Assembly (NCBI GenBank): GCA_964518165.1 | Contig: CAZFFN010000040.1 | Location: 14,329-78,328, forward strand | DNA: 64,000 nucleotides | Origin: an uncultured Thermoplasmatales archaeon | GTDB taxonomy: Archaea > Thermoplasmatota > E2 > DHVEG-1 | Direction of reading: 5' to 3' | In this document: piece after piece, positions 51,109 to 60,818 of the stretch | Position numbering within the stretch: the first letter of the stretch is position 1 | How the letters are laid out: every line of letters begins with the position of its first letter | Position numbers and translations under genes: made by a program | Notes under the pieces: model-generated | What the model saw: only the letters and a program-made list of their open reading frames with translations | Told to the model about the DNA's origin: nothing | Databases searched by the model: none

Positions 51109-51993
51109 ATGAGTGCATACAGAAATATCAAAGACATCTTTGATTCGATGATAAAAGACGGGAAAATCATTTTTCTTATAATTGCATCTATTCTCATTGC
51201 TTTTTCTGCTGTTGTACCATATTTAGCAGATTTTGAATATAACGATATATTAATTCAAGGTCTTATTTCAGCAATACCCTCTGCTTTTGCATGGTTAGTG
51301 ATTGGTTGGACTATTACAGATAAATCTATTCTTAGAAAACCATATCCTTATCTTGCAATTTTTTCTGCATGGTTTATTTATGAGATATATTGGTATCTAT
51401 TCAACTTTTTATTTCCAAGCAACTATGGTAACTCTCAAGTTTCAAGTCAAGAATGGTTGAATTTACAGGAAACTGCTTTTACTTTTTATATCATCTTATT
51501 TTTTGTAATAGCAGTTTTTATTTTTGTGTTATTTTGGTATCTAACTAATCCTAAAAATTTGCCTAAAAATAAACTTGATATTTTCAAAAAAAGAAACTTT
51601 ATATATGCAATTCTTGGCGGACTATTTATTACCATGCCACTTTGGAGTATTAGATTGTTATATTATGTCTTTGGAATAAGACTCCCTGAATTTATTGTAA
51701 CAAACAATCTTTTCCTTGACTTGTACTATTTTATTATAAACGCAATTCCAGTAAGTATCGCTTTTTTGATCTTTGGAGTTATAATTACTAATATAAAAAT
51801 ACAAAAAAGATATGTTTTGTATTTTTTAATTATTGTTTTTACAGCTGTTTCTTTTATCCCTATATATACAATAACTGGCCTTGATATCAATAGAGATCTA
51901 TTCATATTTTATAGATTTTTAAAATATTCAATTTCTTATTTCTTTGTATTTTTAGGTTTTATTTTGCTATCTAAAGAAAAATACCTTGAATAA
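51109..51993 (+). CDS. Hypothetical polytopic membrane protein
   Basis: About 8 hydrophobic segments; no recognised motif. Confidence 0.65.
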   Translation: MSAYRNIKDIFDSMIKDGKIIFLIIASILIAFSAVVPYLADFEYNDILIQGLISAIPSAFAWLVIGWTITDKSILRKPYPYLAIFSAWFIYEIYWYLFNFLFPSNYGNSQVSSQEWLNLQETAFTFYIILFFVIAVFIFVLFWYLTNPKNLPKNKLDIFKKRNFIYAILGGLFITMPLWSIRLLYYVFGIRLPEFIVTNNLFLDLYYFIINAIPVSIAFLIFGVIITNIKIQKRYVLYFLIIVFTAVSFIPIYTITGLDINRDLFIFYRFLKYSISYFFVFLGFILLSKEKYLE

Positions 51994-52255
51994 GAAAAAT
52001 CTTATTTTTTTACAAAAACGTAAATATGAAGGTTTTTATTGTAATTTGAAGCCTATGTTTAATAATTGGAGTATTAAAAAGTTATATGGAGTTTTTGGTT
52101 TAATACTATTAATTATTGCATCTGTTCAAGTTTATATGCTATATACAGTACAAAATGAACTAATTCATTTTGGACTACTTTTTGCAGCATTATTTATAGC
52201 ATTATTGTTATTCCATTCAGTAAATATTAAAATTAAAGAAAAAAAGAAAAAGTAG
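51986..52255 (+). CDS. Small membrane protein (start may be downstream)
   Basis: Two TM segments and a basic tail. Confidence 0.5.
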   Translation: MNKKNLIFLQKRKYEGFYCNLKPMFNNWSIKKLYGVFGLILLIIASVQVYMLYTVQNELIHFGLLFAALFIALLLFHSVNIKIKEKKKK

Positions 52256-52256
52256 G

Positions 52257-52496
52257 TTGATTGATATGTTTGAAAATAGAAGTCATAAACAGCTAATTAT
52301 TATTTATGCAGTAATTGCTTTAATTGTAACTTTAGTCTTATCTGTTTTTCATTATTTTACATACACTGGTCCATTTGCTAATATTTATGTAATTATTTTA
52401 TTTGCAAATATTGAGTTTTTTGTAATTTTTTATATTTTATACATGCCTTTGAAAGTTAAAATAGCTAGAGAAAAAGAAGAAAATAAAGAAGAGTAA
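52257..52496 (+). CDS. Small membrane protein
   Basis: Two TM segments and a charged tail. Confidence 0.55.
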   Translation: MIDMFENRSHKQLIIIYAVIALIVTLVLSVFHYFTYTGPFANIYVIILFANIEFFVIFYILYMPLKVKIAREKEENKEE

Positions 52497-52598
52497 TCTA
52501 AATTTTACTCCATATAATCTATTTTATTTGGGCTTTTGTGATAGAAGCTTTATATAGTCCTAAGAATAATCTTATATAATAAAGTTAATAAAAAATAG

Positions 52599-53271
52599 GT
52601 GATTAGAATGAAAAGAAAAATAATTTGTCTTTTAATAACTAGCATGATTCTACTAACTGGTTTTTCAATTGTTTCTTCAGCTACAACAATGAGTACCAAA
52701 GATACAAAGAAAAAAATTGTTTTAACAAATGAAGAGGGGGCCTCTTTCACTAAAACTAGATGTGGAAAAATTAGGTGCTAGAAAATTTGATATAAAAGTA
52801 TATGTTATAAATACTTTAGATGAAGAAGTTTCAGTAGAATTTAATACACATTTGACGACTCAATTTTTGGTTTTACCTGGTGAACATTCAAACTTAGCAC
52901 GATCATCATGTGCAGAATATTCTAAAGAAGATAAACAACTTTTTAAAAATAACGCAAGTTTAAACTTTGAGCCAGAAGAAGAAAAGTTGTTGATAGAGGA
53001 TACATTTAAAGGAAAAGGAAATTATATATCTCAGGAGTATAACAAGAAACGTCTCCCCAACGGGAATTATACTTTTGCAGCATTTTTAATGAATTATAAA
53101 ACACCAAATTGCACTGAGTATAAATATGGAGGAGAATTCAAGGCAGAATTATTTGAATTGTCAAAATCATTAAATATTTCCCCATTGACTAAAATTTCAA
53201 AATATATATTAGTTAAATTTATCCTGCAATTCCCAATGATTAAAGTAATCTTATGTAAACTAGGAAAATAA
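52599..53271 (+). pseudogene. Secreted Ig-like protein split by a frameshift
   Basis: The signal-peptide ORF (MKRKIICLLITSMILL...) joins the 180-aa ORF if one G is removed from G5 at 52736-52740. Confidence 0.65.
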
Positions 53272-53367
53272 AAACTCAATTTTTCTCTTTTTTAATTTTT
53301 ACAAAATATATCATAAACTAAGTCAAATAAATATTTTCAAATATTACTTAACTTATAACAAATCTTA

Positions 53368-53733
53368 ATGACAGATCATAACCCTAAATTTTTAAAAATT
53401 AATTCTTTAAAAGATGCAAAAAAAGAAATAGAAAAAATTGGAAGTGACAAATATAGTATCAATATAATGGCACCTAAAGCAGTTACAAAAGTGATAAAAC
53501 TAAAAAATGTAACCCTGCAGGATGCAATCATAATAAAACAGGACATGCTATCAATCGGTGGGGAAGTAGCCGTTCCAAGAAACACATTTGAATTAAAAGA
53601 AGAAAAAGCTGATATCCTAGTTATTGGTAATTTATCCCAACATTTACTTTTAGTTAAAAAACTCAACAGGCATTATCCTAGAATAAAAAAAATTGCAACA
53701 GATCTTGAATTACTTTTTAAGGAATATCTATGA
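53368..53733 (+). CDS. Stand-alone homolog of the N-terminal extension of long-form FolP (putative dihydropteroate reductase domain)
   Basis: IGSDKYSINIMAPKA and AIIIKQDMLSIGGEVAV; ATGA overlap with folP. Confidence 0.7.
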   Translation: MTDHNPKFLKINSLKDAKKEIEKIGSDKYSINIMAPKAVTKVIKLKNVTLQDAIIIKQDMLSIGGEVAVPRNTFELKEEKADILVIGNLSQHLLLVKKLNRHYPRIKKIATDLELLFKEYL

Positions 53734-54575
53734 AAATTTTTGATTATGATCTAGAACAAAAAACTCTAATTATGGGCATTCTAAATGTTACACCAGATAG
53801 TTTTTCTGATGGTGGAAAATTTAATTCAATAGAGCTTGCAGTGAAACACGCTAAAAAAATGGTAGAAGAAGGAGCAGATATCATTGATATCGGCGGTGAG
53901 TCAACTAGACCAGGTGCTAAAAAAATATCCTCTGAAGAAGAATTAAAACGAATTTTACCGATTGTAAAAAAACTTTCAAAAGAAATAAATGTCCCTATCT
54001 CAGTTGATACATATAAAGCAGAAGTTGCAGAAAAATGTATTAATGTTGGAGCTTCGATGATAAATGATATTACCGCGTTGAGAGGAGATGAAAAACTAGC
54101 TAGTATAGTAAGCAAGCATAAAGTTCCAATATGCATCATGCATATGTTGGGAACACCAAAAAATATGCAAAAAAATCCAAATTACTCTAATATAATAGAA
54201 GAAATCAAAGATTTTTTAGAAAAAAGGTCTGAATATGCAATAAGTAAAGGCATTTCTAAAAATAAAATAATTATTGATCCAGGTATTGGTTTTGGTAAAA
54301 GAACAGGAAATGGAGTTGAAGATAACTGCAAAATTATTGAAAATATCTCTGAATTTAAAAAATTGCAATATCCAGTTTTAATAGGTGCATCAAGAAAAAC
54401 TTTTATCGGAAATATTTCAGGTAAAAATAAACTTAATCCAAATGATAGACTAGAGGGAAGTATTGCTGCATCATGTATCTCAGCATATAATGGTGCTGAT
54501 ATATTAAGAGTTCATGATGTAAAAGAAACAAGAAGAGCTCTAGATGTTGTTGAATGCATCAAAAATAGTAAATAA
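53730..54575 (+). CDS. folP: Dihydropteroate synthase
   Basis: MGILNVTPDSFSDGG, DIGGESTRPG, DPGIGFGK, GASRK, RVHDV. Confidence 0.97.
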   Translation: MKIFDYDLEQKTLIMGILNVTPDSFSDGGKFNSIELAVKHAKKMVEEGADIIDIGGESTRPGAKKISSEEELKRILPIVKKLSKEINVPISVDTYKAEVAEKCINVGASMINDITALRGDEKLASIVSKHKVPICIMHMLGTPKNMQKNPNYSNIIEEIKDFLEKRSEYAISKGISKNKIIIDPGIGFGKRTGNGVEDNCKIIENISEFKKLQYPVLIGASRKTFIGNISGKNKLNPNDRLEGSIAASCISAYNGADILRVHDVKETRRALDVVECIKNSK

Positions 54576-54656
54576 TCAAATGTTGTGATCTCTTGTATAG
54601 AAATACTTATATACTTATAAATTAATAAATATATAAAAATTGGAGGATTATATCAT

Positions 54657-55400
54657 ATGAAAAAAAATACTCAAAAAATATTTGCTGTTGCAATTATAGC
54701 TTTTTTTATGCTTCTTTCATTAACTCCTGCAACATCTGCAACTAAAGAAAAAAAACTTAGTTTAATAGGAGTTGAAGTAACAGATTATTTAGCTGATGGA
54801 ACAACTAGGGAAAGAAAAGTATTTTTAGAAAGATCAGATATAAAAGACTTAAAAAATGAAATTCTTTCTGCAAAAACTCTTTCTGAAAGAATCAAAGTAC
54901 TTAAAAAATTCAATCTAGTCGATGAAGAAACAAGTGCTTTAGATTGGTTAAAAGGAATGCTTAATAAAGCAGATAAACTTGGTATTAGAGATAAAAACTT
55001 TCTAACAAGAACTAAAATAAAACTTCCATTTATGATAAGTGCATTAAATAAGGTAAGTTCAATTTCTGTAGTAGGTGGTTCAACTCGCATTGGAGTAACT
55101 CCCCTTTTTAGAATAATTAAAAAATTGTTTAAATTAGATCAAGTAAAAAGAGCTGATCTACTTGTAACTCAAACAGGTGTTTTAAGTGTTCTAGATACAA
55201 ACAGCGTTCTTAGTAAAAACACAATGATAAGCCTACTTGGATTCACAGGCCACATTGGATTTGTAGGAACCGGTATTAAAGTTCCATTCTTACTTCATAT
55301 ACACACAGGATACTCAGCTTTATCTTTTGGCCTAGGTCTTGGTTTTAGAATTAAAAGATCAAATCTAAAAGATGTAGATATACCAGATGTAATGCCATAA
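54657..55400 (+). CDS. Secreted hypothetical protein
   Basis: GGAGG ribosome-binding site, N-terminal signal peptide, Gly-rich C-terminal region. Confidence 0.7.
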   Translation: MKKNTQKIFAVAIIAFFMLLSLTPATSATKEKKLSLIGVEVTDYLADGTTRERKVFLERSDIKDLKNEILSAKTLSERIKVLKKFNLVDEETSALDWLKGMLNKADKLGIRDKNFLTRTKIKLPFMISALNKVSSISVVGGSTRIGVTPLFRIIKKLFKLDQVKRADLLVTQTGVLSVLDTNSVLSKNTMISLLGFTGHIGFVGTGIKVPFLLHIHTGYSALSFGLGLGFRIKRSNLKDVDIPDVMP

Positions 55401-55440
55401 AAAAATATAAATAAAAAGATTTAAAGAAATTTTATTTTCT

Positions 55441-55944
55441 TTACTTAATTTTTACTTTCTTTGATTCTTTCTTTGGTTTTGGTTCTAGTTTTGGAAGTGA
55501 TATATTTAATACTCCATCTTCAAGTTCTGCATCAATACTATCTGTTTTTAATTCTTCAGGTAGTTCTAGAGATCTATGAAAGGATGTAGTGCTTCTTTCA
55601 CGTCTGAGGAAGTTTTTTTCTTTGCTTTCGTCTGACTCCTCATGCTCTGCTGAAATCTCTATTGTGTTTGGTGTAACTTCAATATTTATGTCTTCTTTTG
55701 GTATACCCGGCATTTCAACATTCATTTCGTATTTATCACCGTGGTCTTTTATATCCATTAGTGGTGTTCTTTCTCTCATTGCTGTCGTTGGATTCCACAA
55801 TAGGTCATCGAAGTTTGACCTGAACTGATCAAAAAGCCTGTCGAAATCGGTCCATAGATCAGTTGGTCTTCTTCCTGTAGTTAGTCCTTCACTTCCTTTG
55901 TCTCTTACAGCCAGCTTATTTTTCTTATTTTTTCCAAATGCCAT
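55441..55944 (-). CDS. Small heat-shock protein (Hsp20)
   Basis: PLMDIKD, EMPGIPKEDI, RRER...FHRSLELP, DGVLNISLPK. Confidence 0.95.
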   Translation of the reverse strand: MAFGKNKKNKLAVRDKGSEGLTTGRRPTDLWTDFDRLFDQFRSNFDDLLWNPTTAMRERTPLMDIKDHGDKYEMNVEMPGIPKEDINIEVTPNTIEISAEHEESDESKEKNFLRRERSTTSFHRSLELPEELKTDSIDAELEDGVLNISLPKLEPKPKKESKKVKIK

Positions 55945-56235
55945 ATTTATTTACCTCCTTTTCACCTTTTTTAGTCACTATAATTATGTATAAAGTCTTC
56001 TATAAAAAGTTTTCGGTATAAACAGCAGTTCCGAATGTACATGAAAAACTCTACATGAAAACAAGAGAAATAATGGATATAAATAAGGTATAAAAATCTT
56101 TTCAACAGGAGAGATTAGCTTAAAACAGTAGATCTAACCCTTATAATTGGTAAATATTACTAAAAAATCAATATTTTAACATAGTTTACACTAAGAAAAT
56201 CATATAGAATAATAATTAAAAGTTAAGAAGTATTG

Positions 56236-57132
56236 TTAACCTCCAGGATCAATGGTATATAGAATGGTTCCAAATAATTTTGGAGTCAATAAATGGTCTT
56301 TTTCAACTATTCCATGCAATGATAACCACAGGAGAACGTCGGCAAGAATCCAAAGAGTATAAAGCAATACTGAAAACATAAAATAGAATAGTCGGATGAG
56401 ATAGTTTTTAGATGTAGTTTTTGGTAGGAATGAATGTTTTTTCATTCGGTAACTGGTTTCAACACCCCATCGTTTACCATACAGATAAAAAAGTCTCTCG
56501 GCAAGGTTTACATCGTTTTCATCAAAACTCATATTGGTTGCAAACGCTCTTTTAACAATTTCCCCATTATCTGTTTCTTCTTCGACTATTACAAGGTTAA
56601 ATTTTGTGTCTTTCATTGGAAAATCATTAACAACTGTGGGTGAAGATGCTATCTCTAAAACATTTCTAACCGTGGTTATTTTTGTTGCAGGCATCAAATA
56701 TTTCAGATTAAGTTTTTGAAAAACTTTAAGTGATTTAGTATCAAAAAATCCTCGATCAATATAAACTCTATTGATTCGTATTCGTTTAAATGCAAATCTT
56801 AGAAGTTTATTGAGGATCTGTTCTTTTCTATCAAATGGTCCAACAGATAACGCGAGTAGAGTGAATCTTTTTCCAGCTTCAACAATATTTATTGTTGCAA
56901 ATTTGTAACATTTACTGGTTCCACGGTCTGGTTCTTTTCCTACTATCATCGGTGTATTTCAATCTCCGTAATAGTACCATTCTGTGTAGTCAATTGCGAC
57001 ATCGTAGGGTTTTCTTTGATCAAAAGAATTAGTTTGCAGGTTCATATTCCAGATTATTTCAAACAATGAGAGAAATAAACGGTCGAGTTTATCACGGTTT
57101 TCATATTTCTTCAAATGATAAAGAAGAGTATC
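56236..57132 (-). mobile_element. Degenerate ISH3/IS4-like DDE transposase (5'-truncated, internal stop)
   Basis: DTLLYHL...DVAIDYTEWYYYGD*NTPMIVG (TGA at 56959-56961), YIDRGFF, YGKRWGVETSYR. Confidence 0.85.
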
Positions 57133-57191
57133 CAAAGGTATACCCTAAATGTAAAAGCCCTTATTGGGACACCCCTCGAAAAAAAGACTGA
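57132..57191 (+). pseudogene. C-terminal remnant of a small CPxC Zn-ribbon gene
   Basis: Translates to PKVYPKCKSPYWDTPRKKD* and abuts the truncated transposase. Confidence 0.5.
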
Positions 57192-57323
57192 AAAAAATAT
57201 TTTCAATGAAGTTTTACAAAAAAATATATAATAAAATCTAATAATGATTATTTGTTTTCAATAGCTATAAAAATTAATATATAATAAGATAAATGTCTTT
57301 AAAGGTGAAGGAGAACTAAAAAG

Positions 57324-58767
57324 ATGGGCGGATTGAAACTAATTTCAAGAGATCTTGGTTCGGTATTCATTATAGTTAGTATAATTAATGCAGCGGCTAT
57401 TTTAATACCCCTCTTCTTTAAAGAATATTTTGCAATTCTTCCAATTTTACTTTCATCAGGCATTCTTGCTACTGTTGGTTTATTTTTTAAGTTTGTAGTT
57501 GGCCGTACGAATGAAGACCCTAAGCTTCGCCATGCAGTTGCTGTTGCAGGTTTAAGCTGGATTTTTATTCCTTTGTTTACAGTAATTCCTTTTATGACGA
57601 TCAGCAAACTAGATTTCCTTAGCAGCTATTTTGAATCTATGTCTGGATGGACAACTACCGGTTTATCCATGTTGGGGGGGGGGAGAACAATATTTATCAC
57701 ATACTATACAGTTTTATAGATCTTTCACGCAATGGCTTGGCGGCATCGGTGTTGTAGTTTTAACATTAACAGTATTACCTAGAGCTGGAATGGGTTCTTT
57801 TACCTTATTCCGATCTGAAGCAAGAGAGGATAAAATACATCCAAGTGTAATTTCAACTATTCGATCGATGTGGTGGATTTATGCATCATTTACAATTATT
57901 GGTATCGTATTATTATCGTTGTTTGGTATGCCTACATGGGAGGCAATTAATCATGCAATGTGTGCAATTTCGACAGGTGGTTTTGCGGTTCAGAGTGCAA
58001 GTATTGGAACGTATAACAGTTTTTATCTTGAAATTATAATAACCTTGCTTACAATTTTTGGTGCAACTGCTTTTATCGCTAATTATAACTTGTTTAAAGG
58101 TCGTTTTCGAAAGTTCTTTTCTGATGTGCAACTTCGGACTCTTATTATCTTAATTATTATTGGAGTAGTTGCTTTAACTTTTTTTAATCTATCATTTTAT
58201 AATGGAAATATATGGGATTCACTTAGATATTCATTTTTTCAGTTTGCTTCCAGTCAAACAACAACAGGTTTTTCAACCGTAGGTTTGACATCATGGCCTA
58301 TTCCTTCTAAATTTGTTATGAGTATAGCTATGATTATTGGAGGTGCAGCTGGTGCTACATGTGGAGGGATAAAACTTATAAGATTTTTAATTTTAACAAA
58401 AGAAGTAAAATGGAATACAATAAAAGTAACATCCACCCCAAGAAGAACAATTCCATATAGTATTGGGAAAAAACCTATCTCACCCGATGAAAAAAGAGAT
58501 ATTGTTAATGAAGCAGCCATGATATCATTTCTCTGGATAATTTTTCTTTCTATTACAATATTTATATTATCCATTATAACCTCATATAGTCTCCAAGATA
58601 TTATATTTGAAACATGTAGTGCTCAAGGAAATGTAGGATTATCTGTTGGTATCACAAGTGTTTCTATGAACCCTATTGTCAAATTTATGTTTATAATCAA
58701 TATGTATATAGGGCGATTAGAGATAATTCCTGTTGTAATGATGATAGCTGCTATTTTTAAAAGATAA
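57324..58767 (+). pseudogene. trkH: TrkH potassium uptake membrane protein, frameshifted at a G10 tract
   Basis: FESMSGWTTTG, QWLGGIG, STGGF, TTTGF and GNVGLS pore loops. G10 at 57674-57683; G9 restores the frame. Confidence 0.88.
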
Positions 58768-58839
58768 ATTTCGTAATAAAACTTAATATCTTATTTATTT
58801 TAATAAATTGTGACAATGGATTAATTTACGGTTTGTTTT

Positions 58840-59001
58840 TTATAAATCAATTTTTTCCCCAGTATGATTCGGGACAACTGTTGTTCTCCCGTCAGAATGT
58901 CTCAAGAAAACATGACTTCCTTTTTGACGTATTTTATTAAAACCCATTTTAAGTAAAATTTTAATTAATTTTCTACCGGTTAAAAGAGGTAACTTTGCCA
59001 T
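58840..59001 (-). pseudogene. hicA: HicA toxin, C-terminally truncated (53 aa)
   Basis: MAKLPLLTGRKLIKILLKMGF..IRQKGSHVFLRHSDGRTTVVPNHTGEKIDL*, translated by hand. Confidence 0.8.
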
Positions 59002-59002
59002 A

Positions 59003-59212
59003 TTAAACAGCTATCTTTTGCAAACCAATGAATCTTTCAGTAACTTTAACAGGTTCTTCCTGGCATTCTAGATATAAGAGTATTGCTTCTTTAGTTCGCT
59101 TAATAAGTTCATCCATTGATTTTGCCTGAGTATGACAACCCGGAAGTTCAATAACTTCAGAAATCAGATAACCATCCTCTCCCTCCTCTATAATAATGTT
59201 ATATTCCTGCAT
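59003..59212 (-). CDS. hicB: HicB-family antitoxin (short form)
   Basis: IIIEEGEDGY...ELPGCHTQAKSMDELIKRTKEAILLYLE. Confidence 0.92.
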   Translation of the reverse strand: MQEYNIIIEEGEDGYLISEVIELPGCHTQAKSMDELIKRTKEAILLYLECQEEPVKVTERFIGLQKIAV

Positions 59213-59459
59213 ATATAATAATTAAACTTCATAAGTATATAAATGTTATTCTCTGAAATTCTCTAGTAAAAAAACCTAATAATAAACAATTAGCAATATC
59301 CTAAAAGATAAAGAAAAACAAGTCCCATATTGTTATCGATAGTAACCGCTTATTTTTAAAGAATATGTTAATGTCAATGACAATACTTTCATTTTAAAAC
59401 ACCGATAAAAAATTATTATTAGTAGAAAAAATCATTAAGTACAACTAGATTCAAACTTT

Positions 59460-60818
59460 ATGATTCATATGAATGATCCAGTTTGTCCACTAGATTACAG
59501 ATATGGAAGAAAAGAGCTGATTGAAATATTTAGTGAAAAAAATAAACTACAATATTTACTAGATGTAGAAGCAGCACTAGCTAGAGCCCATGCAAAAGTA
59601 GGAAACATAGATAAAAAAGATGCCGATGAAATCACAAAAAAAGCAAATACAAAATATGTAAAAGTTGAACGTGTCAAAGAAATTGAAAAAGACACAAAAC
59701 ACGATATAATGTCAGTAACTAAAGCTCTAGCCGAGCAATGCAAGGACGACTCAGGAAAATACATTCACCTAGGAGCAACCAGCTATGATATAGTAGACAC
59801 TGCAAATGCACTCCAGTTTAATGATTCAACCGAGTATATTAAAAAAGGACTAAAAGACCTAAGAAAAACACTTGTAAAACTAGCTAAAAAACATAAAAAA
59901 ACTGTAATGACAGGTAGAACTCATGGTCAACATACAATACCTATGACATTTGGCTTGAAAATGGCGGGCTACGCAATGGAGATAGACAGGCATCTTGAGC
60001 GCATGCATCAATGTAAAAGTAGACTTCTTGTAGGTAAACTCTCAGGAGCCGTTGGAACTGGTGCAGCACTTGGGCCAAAGGCACTAAAAATTCAAGAAGA
60101 AATGCTCAAAGAACTAAAACTAGGAATAGAAGATGTATCCACTCAAATTGTTTGTAGAGATAGATACAATGAACTAATTGCGCTTTTATCAAATATTGCA
60201 ACTAGTCTTGAAAAATTTGCAACTGAAATTAGAAACTTACAAAGAGATGAAATAAAAGAAGCAGCTGAAGCTTTTGAATCAAAAAAACAAGTTGGAAGTT
60301 CTACTATGCCGCATAAGAAAAATCCAATTACCTGTGAACAAATCTCTGGGCTTGCAAGAATAGTTAGAGGTTTTTTAACACCAACCTATGAAAACGCAAT
60401 ACAATGGCATGAAAGAGATCTATGTAACTCTTCAAGTGAAAGATTTATTATTCCACATAGTTTAATTCTAACAGATTGGATAATCTATAAAACTAATGAT
60501 GTTTTCAAAAACTTGAAAGTAATCCCAGAGAACATGAAAAAGAATCTAAAGATTTCAAAGGGTCTACCAATGGCTGAGTCTCTTATGACCACTCTTATCT
60601 CTAAAGGAATGGGGAGAGGAGATGCACATGAACTCATGAGAAAAACAGCTCTTAAAGCAGCAAAACAAGGAAAAACTCTAAAAGAGGTTTTTACAAAAGA
60701 AAACAAAAAAATTAAACTTTTAAGCACAAAAGAAATTGATGATGCATTAAACCCTGAAAATTATCTAGGTGAAACTTACAAAATTATTGATAGAGTAGTA
60801 AAGAAACTTAAGATGTGA
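59460..60818 (+). CDS. purB: Adenylosuccinate lyase
   Basis: HDIM, HLGATSYD, GRTHGQH, GSSTMPHKKNP. Confidence 0.96.
   Translation: MIHMNDPVCPLDYRYGRKELIEIFSEKNKLQYLLDVEAALARAHAKVGNIDKKDADEITKKANTKYVKVERVKEIEKDTKHDIMSVTKALAEQCKDDSGKYIHLGATSYDIVDTANALQFNDSTEYIKKGLKDLRKTLVKLAKKHKKTVMTGRTHGQHTIPMTFGLKMAGYAMEIDRHLERMHQCKSRLLVGKLSGAVGTGAALGPKALKIQEEMLKELKLGIEDVSTQIVCRDRYNELIALLSNIATSLEKFATEIRNLQRDEIKEAAEAFESKKQVGSSTMPHKKNPITCEQISGLARIVRGFLTPTYENAIQWHERDLCNSSSERFIIPHSLILTDWIIYKTNDVFKNLKVIPENMKKNLKISKGLPMAESLMTTLISKGMGRGDAHELMRKTALKAAKQGKTLKEVFTKENKKIKLLSTKEIDDALNPENYLGETYKIIDRVVKKLKM

Noticed and set aside
55960..56015. Possible heat-shock repressor (Phr-like) site upstream of hsp20
   Set aside because: Only a partial match (GTGACTAAAA) in AT-rich DNA, with a single instance.
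56959..56961. In-frame TGA in the transposase as selenocysteine or recoding
   Set aside because: The element is also 5'-truncated, TGA is a normal stop elsewhere in the window, and no SECIS was seen. A nonsense mutation is simpler.
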